The notes beneath the pieces were generated by a model. It saw only the letters and a program-made list of their open reading frames with translations, was not told where the DNA came from and ran no database searches. The position numbers and the translations under genes were made by a program. Below are positions 28,044 to 35,972 of a stretch of 64,000 nucleotides of DNA, in pieces; the stretch's first letter is position 1; every line of letters starts with the position of its first letter. This stretch comes from an uncultured bacterium (lineage in GTDB: Bacteria > Patescibacteriota > Minisyncoccia > UBA6257 > 2-01-FULL-56-20). The stretch is taken from positions 751,893 to 815,892 of the forward strand of contig OY970126.1 in the NCBI GenBank assembly GCA_963705915.1. The letters run 5' to 3'.

Positions 28044-28337
28044 TTAACCGTGAAGGATTGCCTCCTTGTGGGTCACTTCTCCCACGGGTCGAGCCGCCGC
28101 GTCACGATGCATGGCTCGGTAGCGAGTTTCAGCTACGCATTCGGGGCAGGTGACCGTGATGTCGCTCTGGAGGAGGATGTCTCCGGTCGGTTGCCCACAT
28201 GCAGTCACTCGTGCAAAAAGAAAACCAAGATGGATGAAGTCATTGTCTTTCGGAAAGGAAGTGCAGCCAATGACGCCATCGGGCAAGTTGTTAAACGTAA
28301 TCGTTTCTTTTTTCGGGATTCCTACCTGACTAGCCAT
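28044..28337 (-). CDS. small zinc-ribbon-like protein (97 aa; C..C ... CPEC)
   Basis: GGAGGT Shine-Dalgarno 8 nt upstream; own promoter TTGCCT-17-TATAGT abutting repeat copy 1; hairpin terminator at 27998-28020. Confidence 0.5.
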   Translation of the reverse strand: MASQVGIPKKETITFNNLPDGVIGCTSFPKDNDFIHLGFLFARVTACGQPTGDILLQSDITVTCPECVAETRYRAMHRDAAARPVGEVTHKEAILHG

Positions 28338-28407
28338 GTCCGCTTACCTCCGCTTCGATTTTGGAAAACTAAAAATACTATAGGCTAGCCCCATGAGAAA
28401 GGCAACA

Positions 28408-28435
28408 GGTTCGAATATCGTCCACGAGCCCCCGC
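28408..28435 (+). repeat. direct repeat copy 1 (GGTTCGAATATCGTCCACGAGCCCCCGC)
   Basis: Member of a 5-copy family with consensus GGTTCGAACATCGTCCACGAGCCCCGCC. Confidence 0.8.
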
Positions 28436-28619
28436 AAATAAGTTAGTGAAAAATAAAAGCCGCCAGAATATTGTGGAGTCAAATCTGCATATTGCAGCAG
28501 GTATCTTATCCACTCTGGCGGGGCCGCAACGCGTCTGCTCGCGAGACAGACTGCAAAGGATGGGGCCGGTTTCCTCGCCGTCATTGAGAAAATAACAGAG
28601 TTAAATGGCTTTAGCAACC

Positions 28620-28647
28620 GGTTCGAACATCGTCCACGAGCCCCGCC
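28620..28647 (+). repeat. direct repeat copy 2 (GGTTCGAACATCGTCCACGAGCCCCGCC)
   Basis: Followed 5 nt later by TTGACA (28653-28658), 16-nt spacer, TATAAT (28675-28680). Confidence 0.8.
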
Positions 28648-28706
28648 AGAGATTGACATAAGTTATTTTACTGGTATAATTATGCCAGCAAGCGAAGGAG
28701 ATTCTT

Positions 28707-28904
28707 ATGTTGCTTGACGGACTTGCGATCGCTTTGATGCTTTTCGCACTGCAAGAGTTTGTGCATTCAGCAATTGCCGGATGGCATGCTTCTGTCGAAG
28801 CGGATTGCAGAATCCCAAGACAGTTTGTTGTAAAATGTGCCGTTTTCTGCGCCTACGGCATGATGTTCTCGGTTTTTCTCCACCACTTTAACTTTCTGCA
28901 TTGA
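28707..28904 (+). CDS. small hydrophobic protein (65 aa, two predicted TM segments)
   Basis: Consensus promoter, GAAGGAG Shine-Dalgarno 6 nt upstream, GC hairpin plus T-run terminator at 28931-28965. Confidence 0.5.
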   Translation: MLLDGLAIALMLFALQEFVHSAIAGWHASVEADCRIPRQFVVKCAVFCAYGMMFSVFLHHFNFLH

Positions 28905-28998
28905 GAGGAAGTAAAACTCACAGAAATTAGGCCGCCGACTTTACATCGAGCGGCTTTTTCTTTTCAGTGCTTTATGGTCACGTTACCTCGCAATTTTA

Positions 28999-29017
28999 TT
29001 CGAACATCATCCACGAG
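28999..29017 (+). repeat. direct repeat copy 3 (degenerate: TTCGAACATCATCCACGAG)
   Basis: Shares the GTTCGAACATC.TCCACGAG core. Confidence 0.65.
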
Positions 29018-29079
29018 TTCCGATGCTTTAAACGAAAAATCGGTCATCCGAAATGGACGACCGATGGCAGCCCTTCTTT

Positions 29080-29331
29080 TTATATATTGTGTCCAATCTT
29101 GAGAATCGACTCGGGGCGTTCTCGAAAAGCGTGTTTGAGAACACGAATGATCTCGCACTGGGCTTCGAGCGGGTGGGGTTTGCCGTTGACAGCGACAGCA
29201 ATCTCTTCATCCTTATTGTGCGGAATAAGAATGAGTGTAGATTGCCGACCAGTGAAGCGTTCAAATTCGCATAGTTCGTCAATGAGCCTCGAGAAAGCCT
29301 GGTCGCAGTCGGGGTCAATATGACTTGGCAT
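29080..29331 (-). CDS. hypothetical 83-aa protein
   Basis: GGAGGT Shine-Dalgarno 7 nt upstream; promoter TTGACT-16-TATCTT (minus strand) abutting repeat copy 4; minus-strand terminator hairpin at 29039-29065. Confidence 0.5.
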   Translation of the reverse strand: MPSHIDPDCDQAFSRLIDELCEFERFTGRQSTLILIPHNKDEEIAVAVNGKPHPLEAQCEIIRVLKHAFRERPESILKIGHNI

Positions 29332-29380
29332 AAAATACCTCCTGCGCCTAAGATATCAGAACCGTTCGCGAAGTCAATAC

Positions 29381-29408
29381 GGTTCGAACATCATCCACGA
29401 GTCCCCGC
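29381..29408 (+). repeat. direct repeat copy 4 (GGTTCGAACATCATCCACGAGTCCCCGC)
   Basis: Its left edge is 3 nt from the -35 (TTGACT, minus strand) of the 29080..29331 gene. Confidence 0.8.
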
Positions 29409-29539
29409 ATTAAGTAGGATGGAGGATTCTCAACAGGAGCATTGTGATTGACTCCTTTCAATCTTGGCCCGCCATCAAGGTTGATGGAATTTTGAGCAGA
29501 TAAAAAAGTGGGCATCCAATGGATGCCCTGACACTTTGA

Positions 29540-29689
29540 TCAGTGAGTCGATGCAGTACGCAAGAACTCGGCGGTTGTTTTCGTAAGAAGGTCGATCCGG
29601 CCGCTAGAGACGAGAAATAGTTGTTGGTAAAGATCGTCACTCAGCAGTGACGGATCAATGTCGTCGATGGTTTTTTCTGCGCCTTCCAT
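29540..29689 (-). CDS. hypothetical 49-aa protein (MEGAEKTIDDIDPSLLSDDLYQQLFLVSSGRIDLLTKTTAEFLRTASTH)
   Basis: Below the ORF-track length cutoff; GGGGAGG Shine-Dalgarno 5 nt upstream, promoter TTGCAA-17-TATCAT, perfect 8-3-8 hairpin plus T-run terminator at 29501-29528. Confidence 0.35.
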   Translation of the reverse strand: MEGAEKTIDDIDPSLLSDDLYQQLFLVSSGRIDLLTKTTAEFLRTASTH

Positions 29690-29751
29690 AATGCCTCCCC
29701 AAACTACTCAGATGATAGTTCTGTTAGTTACCATTTGCAACTATCGCAAAC

Positions 29752-29780
29752 GGTTCGAACATCGTCCACGAGCGCCCGCC
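29752..29780 (+). repeat. direct repeat copy 5 (GGTTCGAACATCGTCCACGAGCGCCCGCC)
   Basis: Followed 4 nt later by TTGACA (29785-29790), 17-nt spacer, TATTCT. Confidence 0.8.
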
Positions 29781-29892
29781 AATATTGACACAAACCATTT
29801 TTAATGGTATTCTGTACACGTTCTTTGAAAGCTAATTTAAAGCACGACCCCGTTCTTCGCCGAACATTGTCGTGCAGAAAAGGATAACAACC

Positions 29893-30501
29893 ATGAGCGA
29901 ACTCATGCTCGATGTTGGCCAAGCAAATGAATTGAAGCTCGCGTTTCGCAGGGCGGGTTATTCAAATGCTGATATCAAACGTCTCTGCGAAGAAGTGACG
30001 CTCGCGGACTTTCGTAAAGTACTTTACGGACTCGCCGAAATCAACCCCCTGACGCATGTCATTGATTGCGATGCGTTTCCTTGTGAGTATGATTGCTGGG
30101 ATTTGGTGTCCCATCAAAAGGGAGGCTCCCTGACATGGGACTCAAAACGCTTTTCCCTTTTCGTTCACGAACTTCAGCAAAAAGGAAATACTCTCGACGG
30201 CTATGCAATTCGCGGCAGCCTAAAGAATACGGCCGGAAAGATAGTTTTGAATGCCAACGTTCTTGACTATCTTCTCATGCATCCACGTCTCATACCCGAT
30301 GAGTGGAAAGAGAGAGTGAACAACGAGCCTCTACGTGTTTTTTTCTGGGGGACCATTTATTGTCTCAAAGATTCCACCGTAAGCCCACACTATGTGCGTT
30401 GCTTGCTTTGGTCCCAGAGTGATCGTGAATGGGCAGGGGATTATCGCCGACTTGATAAACAATGGAGCGAGCGTGATCCCGCAGCCCTATGGTCGGAGTA
30501 G
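29893..30501 (+). CDS. hypothetical protein (about 203 aa), last cassette of the repeat array
   Basis: AAGGA Shine-Dalgarno before the internal Met at 29893 (the ORF-track GTG start at 29872 is also possible); imperfect hairpin plus T-run at 30513-30545. Confidence 0.5.
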   Translation: MSELMLDVGQANELKLAFRRAGYSNADIKRLCEEVTLADFRKVLYGLAEINPLTHVIDCDAFPCEYDCWDLVSHQKGGSLTWDSKRFSLFVHELQQKGNTLDGYAIRGSLKNTAGKIVLNANVLDYLLMHPRLIPDEWKERVNNEPLRVFFWGTIYCLKDSTVSPHYVRCLLWSQSDREWAGDYRRLDKQWSERDPAALWSE

Positions 30502-30608
30502 ATATATCTCATCCCCGTGTCTGGTTTTGCCAGCGCGGGGATTTTTCACTATCAATTTCGTCGCTGAGGTCGACTTCAGCATGGGATCGTCCTTTAAGCT
30601 TGATAAGC

Positions 30609-30977
30609 CTAATGACGATGGACGAGGCCGCTTACCTTCTCTTGTATGAAAACATAAGAAAATCGAAGGAAGGAAGCTCCCCATCCGATTGTCATCCATT
30701 GGAGGAGGTAGGAGATTGGCAGAAAGAGGTGTTCGAACGGTGGCATGGACGCAAGGGGAAACGACAACGGATTAAAGATAAGAACGAAGACAAGTGCAAG
30801 CCAATACGTGAAGCAAGATCCACAGGTAAGCGCGTGGGACACGCCGTTGAGGTGGCCGCCGAGCCATGCTTTCCATCGCGGGTGATCTTCCAGCCAATTA
30901 CGCCAAAGTACTGCCGCTCCGGCGAGCGCAGCGGTCGATATGAAATATGTTGCGATGAGTTGTTCAAATATAGTCAT
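30609..30977 (-). CDS. hypothetical small membrane protein (122 aa, 3-4 TM)
   Basis: Strongly hydrophobic segments; preferred over the overlapping Arg/Ser-rich plus-strand ORF 30489..30998. Confidence 0.4.
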   Translation of the reverse strand: MTIFEQLIATYFISTAALAGAAVLWRNWLEDHPRWKAWLGGHLNGVSHALTCGSCFTYWLALVFVLIFNPLSFPLASMPPFEHLFLPISYLLQWMTIGWGASFLRFSYVFIQEKVSGLVHRH

Positions 30978-31016
30978 AAAAAGATGGGCGGGAAATGATT
31001 CCCGCCCAATGTGTTG

Positions 31017-31760
31017 TTAAAGGAGCGCTTGGATCTCGCGGGCTTCCGGTGTGATGGAATAGGCGAACGGCAGAAAGCATTGCATGAGTTTCACGGTCTC
31101 CGCGAGGAGGTGAGTGAAGACGGATTGCGTCATCGTCTGAATCCTCTCGGCCTCCGGCGCATACTTGATCATGCCGTCCATGACCTCAAGGTTGATGAGC
31201 GAACAACTGCAGTCGCAGTTGTGATTGAGGATTCGCCCGGTATGTCTGAACATCACGGCGTTCACGTGGATCTGGAACGTGAATACCAGGCCCGTCGCAT
31301 GCAGTGCGGAATCCACGAGCATGTAATGATGCGGCAGAGTTCCCGAGGATTGTTCTTTAATGATGGATTTTTCCTCTTCAGGATTTTCGCGGCATGCAAG
31401 ATGTGCAAGCGAATTCCAGACAACGGCCGAGACGCGGTTGCCGTAGCATGCAGCCAGTTCCTCGATGGCCTCAAGCGCTTTTACTTTGAGCTCGCGCTTC
31501 GGATCGTCGTCTTGTGGATCGAATCGAGAACGGTTGAACGGCGATGCGAATCCCGCGCCCAATGCAGCGAGCACGGCGAGCGCGTTGTCTTCGAAGTCGT
31601 GTTCGCGGGCGTAGGCGAGATGTGCGTAAGCCCGGTCCACGAGGTCCGGATGGAAATTTTGTGATTCGAGCAGGGGCCACGGGTCGGGGAGCCTCACGGT
31701 TGCTTTGGCGCTCGTGAGGTCGATCCACTTCATACATGGATCAATGGAAGGATAATTCAT
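31017..31760 (-). CDS. hypothetical protein (247 aa), divergent from the Fur-family regulator gene
   Basis: No confident family; His/Cys-rich patch (NHNCDCSC); perfect GGGCGGGAA/TTCCCGCCC hairpin plus T-run terminator downstream at 30980-31001. Confidence 0.5.
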   Translation of the reverse strand: MNYPSIDPCMKWIDLTSAKATVRLPDPWPLLESQNFHPDLVDRAYAHLAYAREHDFEDNALAVLAALGAGFASPFNRSRFDPQDDDPKRELKVKALEAIEELAACYGNRVSAVVWNSLAHLACRENPEEEKSIIKEQSSGTLPHHYMLVDSALHATGLVFTFQIHVNAVMFRHTGRILNHNCDCSCSLINLEVMDGMIKYAPEAERIQTMTQSVFTHLLAETVKLMQCFLPFAYSITPEAREIQALL

Positions 31761-31817
31761 GCTTTCCTCCTTTGGAAAGGACTATGGTCATAGTATGAGC
31801 GTCCACGGTATCGGTCA

Positions 31818-31835
31818 AATTATTTGCAAATAATT
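31818..31835. promoter_or_regulatory. perfect 18-bp palindrome AATTATTTGCAAATAATT; Fur-box-like candidate operator
   Basis: Lies 24 nt upstream of the Fur-family gene start, in the divergent intergenic region. Confidence 0.5.
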
Positions 31836-31858
31836 CGCATTTAGAATAAGGTGAGATT

Positions 31859-32296
31859 ATGGCACGTGATGTATTTAAAACAATGCTCAGAAAAAGCGGC
31901 TATAAAGCAACCCCATCGCGGCTCGCGATTTTGGCAGTTTTTAAGGCCTCAAAACGACCGATGAGCGTGCAGGGCATCCTGGGTGAGTTGCCAAAAAATA
32001 TTGACCAAGCTACGGTGTATCGCACAATTAATGCGCTGAAGAAAAAAGGGATCATCAGGCAGATCGACCTGCGTCACAATCATGCCCATTATGAGCTCGC
32101 GAACATCGCCGAGCATCATCACCTCATCTGTCTCCACTGCGGAAAGATCGAGGACGTGCATCATTGCGGCATCGAAGCGATGGAGAGCGCCGTACTTAAG
32201 AGCTCAAAGCATTTTGCGGAAATACGACAACATGCGTTGGAATTTTATGGCATCTGTACGTCGTGCGCCAAAATAGGCAGCATTGGCGCTCGGTAG
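31859..32296 (+). CDS. Fur-family transcriptional regulator (Fur/Zur/PerR)
   Basis: 145 aa; winged-helix N-terminus, HHH/HxH metal sites (HHHLICLHCGKIEDVHHC), C-terminal CxxC. Confidence 0.85.
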   Translation: MARDVFKTMLRKSGYKATPSRLAILAVFKASKRPMSVQGILGELPKNIDQATVYRTINALKKKGIIRQIDLRHNHAHYELANIAEHHHLICLHCGKIEDVHHCGIEAMESAVLKSSKHFAEIRQHALEFYGICTSCAKIGSIGAR

Positions 32297-32330
32297 AAAA
32301 AAGAGAAGCCGATATAACGGCCGCCGTTTT

Positions 32331-32948
32331 TTATTTCCGTTTTCTCCACTCCACGAGTTTTCCTGCTTTCCTTTCGAGGGGATGTGCACGGCGGAGGCTT
32401 CGGCGTGTTCGCCGTGGTGCGATTCGTTCATAGGGACCACGGTCGGCTTTATAGGAAATGGTATCCAGGTTTTTCTTCGTAACGAGCCACGCCGATCCGT
32501 AGTTGCTACTCAGATCTAATGGCTTCACGAAACCGACCATGGTTTTCCGCCCGCTATCCAAGAAGTATTCATTAAAATATGACATGGCGAGTTCGCGCGG
32601 CGTTGTATACACGGGATCGCGGTAGCGCAAGACGGCATGATTTGTTTTGCTCACCGCTCCCCATAGGCCGTTTTCTTTGAACAACGCGACGACGTGGTTT
32701 TGATCGCCATCTGCGGTCTTTAAATAGAGGAGTAAAGGTTTTCTGCCGTGATACCAAAAAGCGGCAGCGGCTAGCGTGGCTCCTTCCATGCAATGGGCGG
32801 TTCTTTTCTGGAGAACGAAGAGCGGCGACCGGCACGTTTCGCCAAAATTTATCGGAAGGCCGTCCAAAAAATCCTGGATCTTCGACGCGTTGTCCAACTT
32901 ATCCAACGCTTTAAACTTTTCCCGGAGATGCGCTGGGAATTTTTTCAT
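32331..32948 (-). CDS. hypothetical protein, possible papain-/transglutaminase-like cysteine peptidase fold
   Basis: Candidate Cys (TAHCMEGATL) and His (NHVVAL) catalytic residues in the expected order; basic C-terminal tail. Confidence 0.35.
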   Translation of the reverse strand: MKKFPAHLREKFKALDKLDNASKIQDFLDGLPINFGETCRSPLFVLQKRTAHCMEGATLAAAAFWYHGRKPLLLYLKTADGDQNHVVALFKENGLWGAVSKTNHAVLRYRDPVYTTPRELAMSYFNEYFLDSGRKTMVGFVKPLDLSSNYGSAWLVTKKNLDTISYKADRGPYERIAPRRTRRSLRRAHPLERKAGKLVEWRKRK

Positions 32949-33015
32949 GGATTCATTATATCAGGGAGTGGTCCTGGCGATGTACAATTGCTTAAAGTGT
33001 TATATAGTATGAGCT

Positions 33016-33678
33016 ATGCAAGATAGGTTCCAAAATATACGGGCTGTCGGGTTCGACCTTGATGGCACGCTTTACGCGCAAACACCGGAGATGGATGAAA
33101 AAATCGTCGAGCTTTTTGCTCAAAAAATCTTAGAGCGACGGCCCGATCTGAAGACGCTTGAATATGCGAGGGAGTTCTCGCAAGAAAAATATAGAGAGCT
33201 CGAAAGCCGAAAAAAAACGTTGGAATTGGTTGGATATGAAAATGCCGGCGAAATCATGGAAGAAATTTTTCGGCAGGCGGACGGCTCGCAATTTTTAGGG
33301 CGAGACGATAAGTTGGTCAAGCTTTTAGAAGACATAAGGAGCGCCAAGGAGTATATGTATATTGTGACGACTGCACCGCAAGAAGAAGCAAAGAAAAAAC
33401 TAGAGAAGCTTGGCGTGGATGAGGCTCTGTTCAACGTCATCATCTGCGGGGATAGTCCGATTATTGCACAAAAACCGAAGAGTGAAGTTGTATTTCATCA
33501 CATGATTGAAATGTCGGGTATTCCAGCAGAAAATCATGTCTACATCGGTGATCGGGAAAAATCAGACGTGCTCGCTCCGAAGGCGGTCAGCATGAAAACT
33601 ATTGCAGTTGCGAATGAGATTTCTAGTGCCGACGCGCAGGTCGCCCAAATTTATGATATAAGAGCGATACTTCTATGA
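33016..33678 (+). CDS. HAD-superfamily hydrolase (subfamily IA-like)
   Basis: Motif I VGFDLDGTLY, motif III/IV ..K..LGVD...GDSP..D. Confidence 0.75.
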   Translation: MQDRFQNIRAVGFDLDGTLYAQTPEMDEKIVELFAQKILERRPDLKTLEYAREFSQEKYRELESRKKTLELVGYENAGEIMEEIFRQADGSQFLGRDDKLVKLLEDIRSAKEYMYIVTTAPQEEAKKKLEKLGVDEALFNVIICGDSPIIAQKPKSEVVFHHMIEMSGIPAENHVYIGDREKSDVLAPKAVSMKTIAVANEISSADAQVAQIYDIRAILL

Positions 33679-34256
33679 GCGATACTATAACCGATAAAAA
33701 ATATCTTATCTTGATGGCTGGATTGCCTGGCACTGGAAAATCAACCACGGCGCGAAGGCTTGCTGATAGCCTCCATTATCAATATATTTCTCAAAACGAT
33801 GTGCGGCGGGAGCATGGCATGAAGGATATGCCGGCGCACCAAGAGGCCGTATTGCGCGACGTCGATCGGCGCGTTTTCCGGGCTCTTTCTGAGGATAAGG
33901 GGGTCGTCCTCGATGCTGCTCATCGTGCAGGCCATCGGAGACACCAACTATATGGGATCGCATCTGGATTTGGCGTTGACGTCGTTGTTCTCGAATGTGT
34001 CGCGTCTGAAAGGGAAGCGAAGCGAAGGATGCAGGTGAGGCCGGAAAGCGACGGACTCGTTGTTGATGCGTGGAATCCTGCGGTGTACGATCGTGTCGCC
34101 GCAGGCTGGGAAAGAGTTGATGCAGATTTCTCCGATATTTCTGATCATGTCGCTCACATCGTTTATAATACGGAAACGAAAAAGGTGACGATGCCGAGGG
34201 CCGGGAAATCGGAGGTGTTTTTTAAAGAGGTAAAAAAGATTCTTTTGGCGGATTGA
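33675..34256 (+). CDS. P-loop NTPase / predicted kinase (AAA_33, zeta-toxin-like fold)
   Basis: Walker A GLPGTGKST at the N-terminus, 193 aa; ATGA overlap with the HAD gene. Confidence 0.6.
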   Translation: MSDTITDKKYLILMAGLPGTGKSTTARRLADSLHYQYISQNDVRREHGMKDMPAHQEAVLRDVDRRVFRALSEDKGVVLDAAHRAGHRRHQLYGIASGFGVDVVVLECVASEREAKRRMQVRPESDGLVVDAWNPAVYDRVAAGWERVDADFSDISDHVAHIVYNTETKKVTMPRAGKSEVFFKEVKKILLAD

Positions 34257-34298
34257 AATTACTATCAATCTCGCGTCGTTTCTACTACTATATAGAAA

Positions 34299-35438
34299 AT
34301 GGGTATTAGCGGAAGAAAGTGGCTTGTTGTAGTTCTCCTGATTGTCTGCGCCGCAGGCGGTGTTTTTGCGTTTATGCATTATCCGCGGACACTTGTTGTT
34401 GGGAGCGATGGCGTTGCGGCGCTCGATGCGAGTGGTACCAGCCAGGATCCGCCAACGTCCGTGGCGACAACGTCGGTTCTCGACGTCGCTGCCTATGAAG
34501 CGAAACTCCAAGAGATTGCGAATGTTCCGCTCGTGCCCGTGTATAGCACAACCACGATAATGCGGGGGACGTCGACAATCGTCGTCCGAACGTCGACCCT
34601 TGAGCGTGCAGAGAGTGTGTGGCCAGTGAAGACTGCGCCGCTTCCGCTCGCAGGAGCCCTGTTGCCCTTCAACCGAATCGTCGCATACTACGGAAATTTT
34701 TATTCCGCACAAATGGGGGTACTCGGCGAATATCCGGAAGGCCAGGTGCTTGCTATGCTCGCATCGACGTCTGCACTGTGGGCCGCAGCCGACCCTTCAA
34801 CGCCCGTGATTCCCGCGATTGACTATATCGCGGTGACGGCGCAGGGGAGTCCTGGTCCCGACGGTAAATATCGTTTGCGGATGCCGCCGGACCAAATCGA
34901 GAAAGCGATCGATATGGCGAACCAGCTTCACGGCATCGTCTTCCTTGATGTCCAAGTCGGCGACAGCAACGTTGAAACAGAAGTGCCGCTCCTCGCGCAG
35001 TACCTCAAGTTGCCGAATGTGGAACTTTCGATCGATCCGGAGTTTGCGATGCATAATGGCGCGCGGCCGGGGACGGTGATCGGTTCGCTCGACGCGTCGG
35101 ACGTCAACTTCGCCGCAAATTTTTTGGCAAACATCGTCACGCAAGATAATGTGCCGCCGAAGATTCTTGTCGTCCATCGTTTTACGCAGGCGATGGTGAC
35201 AAACTATCAAAACATCACGCCGTTGCCGCAGGTACAGGTTGTTATGGATATGGATGGCTTCGGCCCGCCAGCAGAAAAATTTACGACATACCAGGACTTC
35301 ATCGCGCCGGAGCCCGTGCAGTTCACGGGGTTCAAGTTATTTTTCCAGAATGACATTCGCGTGCCGGGCAGCCATCTTCTCACACCTCAGGAAGTGCTCA
35401 AACTGAGCCCGCAACCGAGCTATATCCAATATCAATAG
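34299..35438 (+). CDS. secreted hypothetical protein (possible glycoside-hydrolase-like TIM barrel)
   Basis: N-terminal signal anchor; no confident family. Confidence 0.4.
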   Translation: MGISGRKWLVVVLLIVCAAGGVFAFMHYPRTLVVGSDGVAALDASGTSQDPPTSVATTSVLDVAAYEAKLQEIANVPLVPVYSTTTIMRGTSTIVVRTSTLERAESVWPVKTAPLPLAGALLPFNRIVAYYGNFYSAQMGVLGEYPEGQVLAMLASTSALWAAADPSTPVIPAIDYIAVTAQGSPGPDGKYRLRMPPDQIEKAIDMANQLHGIVFLDVQVGDSNVETEVPLLAQYLKLPNVELSIDPEFAMHNGARPGTVIGSLDASDVNFAANFLANIVTQDNVPPKILVVHRFTQAMVTNYQNITPLPQVQVVMDMDGFGPPAEKFTTYQDFIAPEPVQFTGFKLFFQNDIRVPGSHLLTPQEVLKLSPQPSYIQYQ

Positions 35439-35492
35439 CAAAAACGGCGCATTGGCCATGATTTTTGGTTATGGTATAATGGCCTAGTAGTC

Positions 35493-35972
35493 ATGGAAGC
35501 CGCTATTAAAAACCGAATTCCGGACTCGGTGGTACCGTTTCCGGACGGTCTATGGAATCAAGTTAAATATGTCTTTTGGAAAGCGATAACGCCCGGATAT
35601 CTTTGGGGATTGCATCTTCTTTTACGAATGCGGATTTTGCGTCACGATTTTCGCCAGAATTTTGTTTTGGGTAACCTCGCGCCCGGAAAATCGATGGATG
35701 CGTTCGTGCAATACCTCCACAGCAGAGGCTTTTATAATCATTTCATCGCATGGGAAGACCCGGATCAATTTATCAGCCTTCGCAAACTGGAGGGCTTTGA
35801 ATGGCAGTATCACCTCCGTGTCTTTCGCGACGGCGAAGTGCGGGGCCATTACGAATACACGCCGGAATCGCATCCGCGATTGCACCTCAAAGAAATTGGG
35901 TTTGAACCCCGCCGCGAAGTTTTTCTCAGCCTTCTTGGTGATTGGATTGTGCCGAGTTTGAAGGAAAAATAA
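35493..35972 (+). CDS. hypothetical protein
   Basis: 159 aa ORF with reasonable codon usage; no recognisable motif. Confidence 0.35.
   Translation: MEAAIKNRIPDSVVPFPDGLWNQVKYVFWKAITPGYLWGLHLLLRMRILRHDFRQNFVLGNLAPGKSMDAFVQYLHSRGFYNHFIAWEDPDQFISLRKLEGFEWQYHLRVFRDGEVRGHYEYTPESHPRLHLKEIGFEPRREVFLSLLGDWIVPSLKEK

Noticed and set aside
28378-28659. 93-aa minus-strand ORF spanning repeat copies 1 and 2
   Set aside because: It reads straight through two repeat copies and a promoter, has no Shine-Dalgarno, and has Arg/Gly/Ser-rich composition. I judged it a shadow ORF.
28408-29780. The repeat array considered as a CRISPR array
   Set aside because: Repeat spacing is 212-382 bp rather than the 55-80 bp period of CRISPR. 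The repeat units contain promoters, Shine-Dalgarno sequences and small ORFs. No cas genes are present in the window.
27906-30501. The array considered as a classical integron or tRNA-targeting integrative element
   Set aside because: No tyrosine recombinase/IntI gene or attI site is in the window. The cassettes carry their own promoters, whereas integron cassettes are usually promoterless. The repeat matches the 3' end of tRNA-Ser(GGA) only over GGTTCGAAT, so it is not a duplicated attB. A recombination-site role cannot be excluded, but it is not supported.
30489-30998. 169-aa plus-strand ORF overlapping the minus-strand membrane-protein ORF
   Set aside because: Its composition is Arg/Ser/Lys-rich and low-complexity, and it starts inside the terminator of the upstream gene. 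The antisense hydrophobic ORF 30609..30977 is more protein-like. Neither is certain.
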